Positions 34,780 through 42,843 of a stretch of DNA of 64,000 nt are shown piece by piece. Every line of letters starts with the position of its first letter. The stretch's first letter is position 1. The position numbers and the translations under genes are program-made. The stretch comes from Chromatiaceae bacterium (GTDB taxonomy: Bacteria > Pseudomonadota > Gammaproteobacteria > Chromatiales > Chromatiaceae): assembly GCA_025458165.1 (NCBI GenBank), contig JALOTB010000024.1, positions 811-64,810 of the forward strand. Direction: 5' to 3'. The notes under the pieces are model-generated. The model searched no databases. It had not been told where the DNA came from and was given only the letters and a program-made list of their open reading frames with translations.

Positions 34780-37700
34780 TCAGGCCGCATCCATCGCCAG
34801 CCGGCGCGCCCCGGCGAAGTCGGCCTTGCCGCTGCCGAGCTTGGGGACGACATCAACCCGGCGAATCTCCGCCGGAATCGTCAGAGGGCTCATCCCCGAG
34901 TCGATCAGGGCCTTGCGCAGGCCATCGGGGTCGATGTCGGCGGCCACCAGGAGCACGATCCGCTCGCCCTTCTTGGCGTCGGCGAGATTCACAGCGATGA
35001 GGTCGATGCCCGGCTCGGCGAGCACGCGCCGCGCCTGCTCCTCGACCTGGGAGAGACTCACCATTTCCCCGCCCAGCTTGGCGAAGCGCGAGTAGCGGTC
35101 GACGATGGTGAGAAAGCCGTCGGCGTCCTGGTGCCCCTTGTCACCAGTGCGGTACCAGCGCGTCCCGTCGAGCTCGACGATGGCCGCGGCGGTCTTGGCC
35201 GGGTCGTTGAGGTAGCCCTTCATCACCTGCACCCCGCCGATCAGGATCAGCCCGTCTTCGCCGGGCGCCAGCGCCTCCAGGGTGTCGGGATCGACGATGC
35301 GGAAGCTGGTGCCCGGCAGGGGCATCCCGACCGTCCCCGGGCGGTTACCCGCCTGCACCTGCCAGTCGTCGGTATCGAGCCGATCCGGCAGGTTGACGCT
35401 CGCCACCGGGGTGGTCTCCGTCGCCCCGTAGCCCTCGTAGATCGGCCTCTGGAACTTGAGCGCGAAGGCCTCGCGCACGTCGGGACTCAGCCGCTCGGCG
35501 CCGGCGACCACCAGGCGCAGGGACTCCAGCATCAGCGGGTGGATGCGCTGATTGCGGGTGTAGAGCCGCAGGAAGGTCGAGGTGCTGCAAAGCAGGGTGG
35601 CGCGGTGGCGGGCGATCACCTTCGCCGTCCCCGCGGCATCGGTGGGGTCGGGGTGGCAAACCATGGGGATGCCTTCGAGCAGCGGCATGAAGGTCGTCAC
35701 CGTGAGCCCAAAGGCGTGGAACAGGGGCAGGTTGGCGAGCACCAGGTCCTCGGACTCGGTGTTCAGCACATCGGCCACCTGCCGCACGTTGGCCATGATG
35801 TTGCGGTGGGTGAGCTCGATGCCCTTGGGGGTCCCCTCGCTGCCGCTGGAGAACAGGATGGCGGCGGTCGTCTCGGGGTCGACGGGGCGGCCGAAGAGCA
35901 GCATCAGCAGTCGAGCCGGTAGGACCGCGGCGGCGGCGAGCATCGCCAACCCCTCGACCTTGCCGATGCCGGCGCGGATGTCCTCCATCGGGTGGAGTGC
36001 GACCCCGTCGAACAGCGCGGCCGGGTCCAGGCCGCGGCCTTCGAGCTTCTTCAGGAACCGGCTGGAGGTGATCACCGAGCGGACCCCGGCGCTCGCCATC
36101 CCCGCGCGCAGCGACTCGGCGCTCGCGGTGAAGTTGAGGTTGACCACGGTGCGGCCCGCGAGCAGGGCCGCCATGTTGGCGATCGCCCCCGCCCCGCTCG
36201 CGGGCAGCAGGATGCCGACCCGGTCCCCGTCCGCGAGGCGGGCGATGCGGCGGGCGAAGAGGAGCACGGCGGCCACGAAGCGCCGGTTGGTGAGCGTCGG
36301 CCCGGCCGAGTCGATAACCGCGACCTGACCGCGGCGGCGAGCAGCCGTGGCGAGCCAGGTCTCGGGGATGCTCGGCAGGGTGTGCGCGTGGCTCTGCCAG
36401 GAGCTGACCGATAGCTCGAACACCGCCTGTTTGACCTGCTCGGCCCCGGTGGCGAGCGGCAGCGGGGCGCCAAAGGCCATGATCAGGTCGCGAGTGCGCC
36501 CGCCGCCGCGGCTCTCACGCAGACGGGCTCCGGCGTAGGAGAACCAGCTACCCCAGAGCCCGCGGAGATAAAAAGGCACGATGACGCCGCCGCTGGCGCG
36601 AGCGGCGGCGTGCTCGAATCCGCGCTTGAACTCGCCGAGCTGGCCGCTGCGGCTGATCGTCCCCTCGGGGAATAGGCAGACCACTTGCCCGTCGTCGAGC
36701 AGCTCGGCCACCTTGCCCAGGGATTCCTTGCTGTGGCCGCTGCTGATCGGCACCACGCCGAAGAAATCGAGGAACCAGCGCAGATACCAGCGCTCGTAGA
36801 TCCCGCGATACATTACGAAGCGCACCGGGCGCGGACTGCCCATCTGGACGATGGCCCAGTCGAGCCAACTGATGTGATTACCGAGCAGCAGCACACCGCC
36901 CTGCGGTGGTAGGTTCTTCAGCCCGATCACCTCCAGCCGGTAGCGCACCGCGAGCAGCCGCGACACCAGGAAGCGTACCAGCGACTGGGGCAACTGATAG
37001 AGGGTGTAGGCGGCGCCGATCAGGGCGATCAGGCCGAGTGCCGAGATGATCAGCCGGCTGCCGGTCTCGAACAGGGCCGAGGCCACGGTGAGCCCGAGGA
37101 AGGCGAGCATCACCAGGTTCTGGATGAAGTTGCTCGCCGCCAGCGTGCGCCCCAGCCCCTGCTCGCCGGCGTTGAACTGGATAAGGGCATTGAGCGGGAC
37201 GAGGAAAAAACCGCCCAGCACCCCGAGCGCGAAGAAGTTGGCCGCGTGGGCCCAGGCGCTCGGCAGACCCGGGAGCAGGAACAGCGCCGCGGCGATGCCC
37301 AGCGCCCCGATGGGGATCAGGCCGGTCTCGATGTGGCTGCGCGAGACCCGTCCGGCGATCACCGAGCCCAGGATGATTCCGATACCGGCACAGGCCATGG
37401 CCCCTTGGATCACCACCGTGTTGGTGACCCCAAGGGTCTCCTTGGCGAAGGCCGGGAAGGCCGCCAGCACCACCTGCGAGATCGCCCAAAACACCGACAG
37501 CCCGACGATCGAGAGCCAGATCACCTGGTTGCCGTAGGCCTCGCCGAGGTTCTCCGCGAGATACCGGCCGCGGCGGTAGCGCGCCCAGTCGAAGTGCATG
37601 CCCCCCGCCCCCGCCGGCTTACCGACCAGGCGATAGGCCATGAGGAGCTCGAGCACCGCGAAGGCGACCAGGAACCAGCCAATGGGGGCGATGAGCCCCA

Positions 37701-37869
37701 TCACCGCGCTCGGGCTGTCGAAGGGCTGCTCGGCCAGGCGCCCCTCGAAGAGCACCGAGAAGAAGAAGATCCCGGCGAGGATGGCCGTGGTGACGGTGGC
37801 CTGGACCACCCCGTTGGCCGTCGCGAGCGACTCCTTGCCGGCGTCATGGCGAAGGCGGCCCAGAACCAT
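34780..37869 (-). CDS. aas: Aas-like fusion protein: MFS (LplT-like) C-terminal part + PlsC-type acyltransferase + acyl-ACP/AMP-dependent synthetase
   Basis: MFS transmembrane helices are present. The acyltransferase motif is LLLGNHISWLDWAIV ... FPEGTISRSG. The adenylation motifs are ILFSSGSEGTPKGIELTH, YEGYGATETTPV and WYRTGDKG ... GRYSRFAKLGGEMVS. The N-terminus continues in another frame (see next feature). Confidence 0.85.
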   Translation of the reverse strand: MVLGRLRHDAGKESLATANGVVQATVTTAILAGIFFFSVLFEGRLAEQPFDSPSAVMGLIAPIGWFLVAFAVLELLMAYRLVGKPAGAGGMHFDWARYRRGRYLAENLGEAYGNQVIWLSIVGLSVFWAISQVVLAAFPAFAKETLGVTNTVVIQGAMACAGIGIILGSVIAGRVSRSHIETGLIPIGALGIAAALFLLPGLPSAWAHAANFFALGVLGGFFLVPLNALIQFNAGEQGLGRTLAASNFIQNLVMLAFLGLTVASALFETGSRLIISALGLIALIGAAYTLYQLPQSLVRFLVSRLLAVRYRLEVIGLKNLPPQGGVLLLGNHISWLDWAIVQMGSPRPVRFVMYRGIYERWYLRWFLDFFGVVPISSGHSKESLGKVAELLDDGQVVCLFPEGTISRSGQLGEFKRGFEHAAARASGGVIVPFYLRGLWGSWFSYAGARLRESRGGGRTRDLIMAFGAPLPLATGAEQVKQAVFELSVSSWQSHAHTLPSIPETWLATAARRRGQVAVIDSAGPTLTNRRFVAAVLLFARRIARLADGDRVGILLPASGAGAIANMAALLAGRTVVNLNFTASAESLRAGMASAGVRSVITSSRFLKKLEGRGLDPAALFDGVALHPMEDIRAGIGKVEGLAMLAAAAVLPARLLMLLFGRPVDPETTAAILFSSGSEGTPKGIELTHRNIMANVRQVADVLNTESEDLVLANLPLFHAFGLTVTTFMPLLEGIPMVCHPDPTDAAGTAKVIARHRATLLCSTSTFLRLYTRNQRIHPLMLESLRLVVAGAERLSPDVREAFALKFQRPIYEGYGATETTPVASVNLPDRLDTDDWQVQAGNRPGTVGMPLPGTSFRIVDPDTLEALAPGEDGLILIGGVQVMKGYLNDPAKTAAAIVELDGTRWYRTGDKGHQDADGFLTIVDRYSRFAKLGGEMVSLSQVEEQARRVLAEPGIDLIAVNLADAKKGERIVLLVAADIDPDGLRKALIDSGMSPLTIPAEIRRVDVVPKLGSGKADFAGARRLAMDAA

Positions 37870-38168
37870 TGCAGGTAGTAGAAGGCGGTGATCGCGAGGG
37901 TAAGCAGCACCGCGCCCCAGGCGCTGAGTCGCATCACCTTGTCCTTAGGGAAGCGATCGGCGAGGAAGCCCGCAGGGGTGAAGAGCAGGACGAAGGGGAG
38001 CAGGATCAGCGCATTGACCAGCGCGGTGAGGACGATCTGGACATCGCCGTCATAGGTCTTGAAGAGCGTGTTCTGGATGATGATCTTATGCCCCAGGTCG
38101 ACGAAGGCATTCATGAACACCATCACGACGTAGGGCAGAAAGCCCGCAATGCGGAAGAGCTGAATCAT
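37701..38168 (-). pseudogene. N-terminal MFS fragment of the Aas-like gene in a different reading frame (apparent frameshift or deletion)
   Basis: The ATG at 38168 gives MIQLFRIAGFLPYVVMVFMNAFVDLGHKIIIQN ... AGFLADRFPKDKVMRL ... WFWAAFAMT. Homology-like sequence then stops, and the downstream frame resumes at ...GKESLATANGVVQ. The expected intervening MFS segment seems to be missing. Confidence 0.55.
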
Positions 38169-38325
38169 GGGGTCGGGGCGCGTCTCACGTGGGTAGGGTC
38201 GCGGCGGCGAGGACCGCGGCCAGGCGAGTATCGGGGAAAACGGCCAAGGCGAGAAGCCGGCGCCGGCCAGCAGGCGCCCCGCTCCGATTGCAGCCCTGAG
38301 CGCTCGGCCCGCCCGCGCGAAGGGC

Positions 38326-38787
38326 TCAGAAGAAGCGCCCTGCGGCCCCGGCAACAGCGGTGATCAGACCGAGGATCAGGTTGGTCAGGATGATCTGGCG
38401 GATCCGGGCGAGGCGCGCCCCGGCGGCCGGCCAGGCTGTGCTCGCGACCGCGGCCTTGAGATGCCGGAAAGGGACGAACCAAAGGTAGACGAAGAGCGCT
38501 GTCATCACGAGAGCGATCGCCATCATCAGGTGCACATGCCCCCCGGCCTTGCCGCCCATCCCGCCGAGAAAGATCCACAGGCCGGTACCCCAGAGCAGGG
38601 CGATGGAGAGCCATACCCAGCGGAAGAATCGGCGCAGCACACCGAGCATCAGCGGCAGCCGTAGCGGCGGCTCGAGCACCGAGCTGACCACCGGCCTCAG
38701 GGCCATGTGCGCGAAGAACATACCGCCGACCCAGACGACGGTCGCGAGCTGATGCAGGGCATAGGAAAGGGCGATCGCTTGGGTCAT
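38326..38787 (-). CDS. CopD-like integral membrane protein
   Basis: 153 aa from the ATG at 38787, with gaggag upstream. Four predicted transmembrane helices. ALHQLATVVWVGGMFFAHMALRP is reminiscent of the CopD/YebZ-type family. Confidence 0.55.
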   Translation of the reverse strand: MTQAIALSYALHQLATVVWVGGMFFAHMALRPVVSSVLEPPLRLPLMLGVLRRFFRWVWLSIALLWGTGLWIFLGGMGGKAGGHVHLMMAIALVMTALFVYLWFVPFRHLKAAVASTAWPAAGARLARIRQIILTNLILGLITAVAGAAGRFF

Positions 38788-39018
38788 CGGGGTACTCCTC
38801 TTACATCGCCGTAGGAACCGTTGAAGCATTCGGTGCCTGCCGTGGAGGGCAGGACGCACAGCCAGTTTCAGTCGCTCAACCGGCTGAACCTAAGGAACCC
38901 GCAAACCGCCTGGTCGACTTCCGTGCTCATGTTTGGCCAGGAGGGTCAATCCATCAGCGCCGCCCTAAGGCATGGGCCTGCGGCCTGGCCGGTGTCGCCG
39001 CCGTGACATCGACGGGGC

Positions 39019-39705
39019 TCAAGCCCCAGCCGCAGCGCGATCCACAAGGACCCAGGCCCGACCGGCCTCGGCGGCGAGGGCCACCGGCAGCGCTTCGCCG
39101 CCGCGCCAAGCGGCGAGTGCGTCGCGCTTGCCCGCCCCAGTCACCAGGATCAGCATCTCGCGGCAGTCGCCGAGGGCGCGGGGTGTGAGCGAGACCCGCT
39201 CGGGGGGCGGCTTGGGTGCCTCCCGCACGGGGATCACCAGCGCGTCGTCACGAAAGGCGCGCCCCGGAAACAGACTGGCCGTGTGGCCGTCCTCGCCCAT
39301 CCCGAGCAGCACCAGGTCGAACGGCACGGCGGGCGCGATCGTCCGGGCGTAGGCCTCGGCGGCCAGATCCGGACCCAGCTCGCCGGGGATCGTATGGACC
39401 TGCCCGGCGGGGATAGGCACGAGACCGAGCAGGGCCGTCTGGGCCGCGCGGCTGTTGCGCTCGGCGTGATCGGGCGGCAGGCAGCGCTCGTCGCCGAAAT
39501 AGACCTCCCAGGCGCCCCAGCCGAGATCCTCGCCTGCGAGACGCCGATAGGCGTTGAGCGGAGTGGTCCCACCGGCCAGCACGATGCGAAAGGACCCTCG
39601 GGCGGCGAGTGCGCGCGCGGCACTGGCGCGGATCGCACGGGCCACCGCATCGGCCACCACGCCGGCATCTGCGAGGATTTCAAAGCGAACTGCGGACTGG
39701 CGCAT
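39019..39705 (-). CDS. pgl: 6-phosphogluconolactonase
   Basis: FRIVLAGGTTPLNAYRRLA ... WEVYFGDERCLPPDHAERNS ... FDLVLLGMGEDGHTASLFPG are canonical Pgl/DevB motifs. Confidence 0.85.
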   Translation of the reverse strand: MRQSAVRFEILADAGVVADAVARAIRASAARALAARGSFRIVLAGGTTPLNAYRRLAGEDLGWGAWEVYFGDERCLPPDHAERNSRAAQTALLGLVPIPAGQVHTIPGELGPDLAAEAYARTIAPAVPFDLVLLGMGEDGHTASLFPGRAFRDDALVIPVREAPKPPPERVSLTPRALGDCREMLILVTGAGKRDALAAWRGGEALPVALAAEAGRAWVLVDRAAAGA

Positions 39706-39839
39706 AGAACTGGCGACTGGCGTTACTCTAAACTCGACCGCGCAATGGGGGCGCCGCGCCAGGACTAACCGCGCGTCTGGCGGCAATGTCAGGGCAACCC
39801 CGCCCCTGAGGGACTCTGATCAAAGGCGGAGAACGACGC

Positions 39840-40952
39840 ATGAACCCGATGAGGATCCTATTGGTGGACGACTCCAAGTCGGCCCGCTATGCCCTGCGGC
39901 TTCAGCTCCAGAAGTTTGGCGTCGCGGTAGACACCGCGGAGTCGGCCGAGGCCGCGCTGGAGCGGATTCGCGAAGACCCGCCGGACGCCGTCTTCATGGA
40001 TCACACTATGCCCGGCATGAACGGGTTCGAGGCATTGGAGATCCTCAAAACCACCCCCGCCACGGCGCAGATCCCGGTGGTCATGTGCACCTCGAACGAA
40101 GACCCCGAGTTCGTTGCCCAAGCCCAGCGCAAGGGGGCGCTGGACATTGTAGCCAAGTCGACGGCAGGCGATAAGCTTGGCAACCTGCTGAAACGCTTGG
40201 AGGGTGGCGCCGCTCTTGCGCCCGCGGGAGCGCCGGCGGCGGCTGGCCCCAACGCCGAGGAGATCGGGGCGATCGCCCGGCGCGAGGCCGAGCGGCTGGT
40301 CGAGGAGCGCCTGCGCTTGCTGATCGAGAGCCGGCTTGCCGAGCTGCGCGAGTCGCTCGTCGCCGAGGCTGCGGCACGGATCGAAGGGGGGCTCGCCGCC
40401 CGAGTCGAGGGCATCACTAAACGCCTCAACGCCGAGGCGGCGCTGGAGGCGAGCCAATACGTCGACGCCCGACTCGACGCCCAGGCCGCCCAACTGGCGG
40501 CCGAGGCGGCCCGCCGGGTCGAGGAAGGCCTCGCTGGCCGGCTAGAGTCCCAGGTCGAGCAGCTCCGCGGCCGCTTCATCCAGGCGCAGAGCGAGCAGGC
40601 CCAGGTCACCGCCCAGCGCCTTGCCAGCGAGCTGATCCCGCAAGCGGTCCGCCAGCAGATCGGCGAGGAGCGCGCGCAGATCGCGCAGACGGTGCAGCAG
40701 TCGGTAGATGCCGCAGTCACTCGCATCGCGGCCGATCCGGGTTTCGTAAACCGCCTGACCGCGTCGGTGGAGGCCGCGGCGGTCGCCAAGGCCGCCGAGA
40801 CCGCGACCAAGGTCGCCACCCAACGCACGACCGAGCTCGCCGGCGGCTTGCTGCAATCGGCCCGATCGGGCGGCGCGACCATGTACCTGCTCGCGGCCGG
40901 GGCGGCCCTGGTCGGTGTCCTCTCCGCGGCGGTCGTCTACCTGCTCGGGTGA
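39840..40952 (+). CDS. response regulator receiver (CheY-like) protein with a long Ala/Glu-rich helical region and a C-terminal TM helix
   Basis: The REC domain is ILLVDDSKSARYALRLQL ... PDAVFMDHTMPGMNGFEALEILK ... IPVVMCTS ... GALDIVAKS. The C-terminus ends in the hydrophobic segment ATMYLLAAGAALVGVLSAAVVYLLG. Confidence 0.8.
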   Translation: MNPMRILLVDDSKSARYALRLQLQKFGVAVDTAESAEAALERIREDPPDAVFMDHTMPGMNGFEALEILKTTPATAQIPVVMCTSNEDPEFVAQAQRKGALDIVAKSTAGDKLGNLLKRLEGGAALAPAGAPAAAGPNAEEIGAIARREAERLVEERLRLLIESRLAELRESLVAEAAARIEGGLAARVEGITKRLNAEAALEASQYVDARLDAQAAQLAAEAARRVEEGLAGRLESQVEQLRGRFIQAQSEQAQVTAQRLASELIPQAVRQQIGEERAQIAQTVQQSVDAAVTRIAADPGFVNRLTASVEAAAVAKAAETATKVATQRTTELAGGLLQSARSGGATMYLLAAGAALVGVLSAAVVYLLG

Positions 40953-41053
40953 TCCGCGGCCCCTCGCGGGGACGGGCGCGGGCTTGACGCACCCCGCGGC
41001 CGGCGCAACACTTCCGCCCTCACCAGACGCCGAGTCAGGATGTAGGAGGAACC

Positions 41054-41413
41054 ATGGCCGAAAGCATGAACGAGATCATGAACCCAGGGGCCGTCCAGCG
41101 GGACCCTGCCTTCCCCAACGCCCCCGAGGACTGGACACCCGCCGGCGCCGAGGCCGTAGCCGCAAGCGACGGGATCGAGCTCACCTTCGATCACTGGGAG
41201 ACGATCCGCGCCTTGCAGAGCTACTTCGCGCACCACGACCACACCAATGTGCGTGACATCCACGACGCGCTTGACGAGCACTTCCATACCAAGGGCGGCA
41301 TCAAGCACCTCTATGCCATTCTCCCGGGCGGACCCGTTGCTCAGGGCTGCCGCCTCGCCGGGATCCAGCCGCCGGCCGGCGCCGCCGATAAGTCCTTCGG
41401 CAGCGTACAGTAG
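41054..41413 (+). CDS. TusE/DsrC/DsvC-family sulfur-relay-like protein
   Basis: 119 aa. ELTFDHWETIRALQSYFAHH ... IRDIHDAL ... GGIKHLYAILPGGPVAQGCRLAGIQPP follows the DsrC/TusE pattern. The C-terminal arm lacks the penultimate Cys. Confidence 0.75.
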   Translation: MAESMNEIMNPGAVQRDPAFPNAPEDWTPAGAEAVAASDGIELTFDHWETIRALQSYFAHHDHTNVRDIHDALDEHFHTKGGIKHLYAILPGGPVAQGCRLAGIQPPAGAADKSFGSVQ

Positions 41414-41458
41414 GGATCGGGCGCGCGACGCGCGCCTCCGCACCCCGGCAATCCCAGC

Positions 41459-41490
41459 GAACGGCCGCTCATGCGGCCGTTCTTCATTTC
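41459..41490 (+). terminator. rho-independent terminator after the DsrC-like gene
   Basis: Perfect 10-bp stem gaacggccgc / gcggccgttc with loop tcat, followed by ttcatttc. Confidence 0.6.
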
Positions 41491-41854
41491 GGTCCGACCC
41501 GTCTGATCGTCCGAACGGATCGATCAGCCGGAACAGGACGAGGGTCCGCAAATCATCGACGAAACATTCGGTGGTCAGGGGCAGGCGCCCACCGAAGGGT
41601 TACCTGCGGCCACTCGACCAACCCCTGACGCTCGCGGCGGTTGTTGCGGACCAGGCACTGGCACCGTTTCTCTCTGGGACCAAATCTCGGCAGAGACGCA
41701 GGAATCGCGAGAATCCCTCTGACTTAGCTCAAGAAGATCGTCTCAATCCCTTGTTTAACCGACCTGATGGGACTAGGCTCTAGGGACCCGTGTCGAACGA
41801 CGGCGCTTCATGCCTCGCCTCGGTTTGGGCCGTGCGCGGGGAGGCGAATCCAAC

Positions 41855-42805
41855 ATGATCGAGAAGTACCGCTTGCTGGACCTACCCCCTTTCGAGACTG
41901 GCCTGGAACAACCGGGACGCCGCCAACTGCTCGCCGCCTTGGTCTCCTGCACGGCGGGCCTGCTGATCGGAGCGCCCGGCTTTGCCCGCGCCAACAGCGG
42001 CACCTCGCTGCAGGGGCGGGTGTCCGATCTGGAGAGGAAACTGCGCGCCCGGGGATTGATCGGCGCCAACGAGAAGACCTCCTGGTCCGTCTACGACTTC
42101 ACGACCCGCACCAAGCTCGTCTCCATCAACGAGGACGCGCCACGCCAGGCGGCGAGCATGATCAAGCCGTTCGTGGCCCAGGCCTTCTTCTTCCAGGCCG
42201 ACGACGGAAAGGGCAAGGTCGCTTACACGGCCGATGTCCGTCGCTCCATGGAGAGCATGATCCGCCACAGCAACAACCCGGCGACCAACCGGATCATGGA
42301 CCTGGTCAGCCGCAACGCGGGCGGCAAGGGACCGGGTGAGGTCGAGCGCGTGCTCAAGTCCAAGGCGCCCGGGATCTTCGTGCAGACGCGCATCGTCGAG
42401 CGTATCCCGCAAGGGGGGCGCACCTATCGCAATTTGGCCTCCGCGCGCGACTACAGCCGCTTCCTTTACGCCCTATGGAACGACCGCCTGCCCTATGCGG
42501 CAGAGCTGCGCCGGATCATGTCCTTGCCCAAACGCGACCGCATCGCCCACAGCGTGGACGGCATTCCAAGCAGCGTGCGCGTCTACCACAAGACCGGGTC
42601 CACGGCCCAGCTCTGCGGGGACATGGGGATCATCCAGGCGCCGGGGCCGGGCGGGGCAACCTTCCCCTACACCTTCATCGGGATCATCGAGCGGCCCTCG
42701 CGGACCACGGACTACGCGAGCTGGATCAAGCGCCGCGGCGACGCCATACGGGCCGTCTCGGAGCTGGTGTATCTCGACCAGAAGCAGCGCCACCGGCTGG
42801 CTTAG
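41855..42805 (+). CDS. class A beta-lactamase-related serine hydrolase with a Tat-like signal
   Basis: SxxK is ASMIKPF. The SxN motif is HSNNPATN. KTG is HKTGST. The N-terminus has GRRQLLAALVSCTAGLLIGAPGFARA (twin-arginine-like). The ATG at 41855 follows ggagg. Confidence 0.7.
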   Translation: MIEKYRLLDLPPFETGLEQPGRRQLLAALVSCTAGLLIGAPGFARANSGTSLQGRVSDLERKLRARGLIGANEKTSWSVYDFTTRTKLVSINEDAPRQAASMIKPFVAQAFFFQADDGKGKVAYTADVRRSMESMIRHSNNPATNRIMDLVSRNAGGKGPGEVERVLKSKAPGIFVQTRIVERIPQGGRTYRNLASARDYSRFLYALWNDRLPYAAELRRIMSLPKRDRIAHSVDGIPSSVRVYHKTGSTAQLCGDMGIIQAPGPGGATFPYTFIGIIERPSRTTDYASWIKRRGDAIRAVSELVYLDQKQRHRLA

Positions 42806-42843
42806 GGGCTACGCGGCCGCCCAAGCCTGCGCGCTGGATCGCG

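Noticed and set aside
34304-35095. 263-aa + strand ORF at the island border. The neighbouring ORFs 34084-34719 (-) and 34480-35922 (+) were considered with it.
   Set aside because: Its 3' third overlaps the well-supported aas-like gene on the opposite strand. Its composition is Arg/Ala/Pro-rich and it has no motifs.
41659-41664. A second TGGCAC hexamer upstream of the beta-lactamase-like gene, as a possible sigma-54 promoter.
   Set aside because: There is no GC/TTGC-like -12 element at the required 10-nt spacing; the sequence reads TGGCACCGTTTCTCTC.
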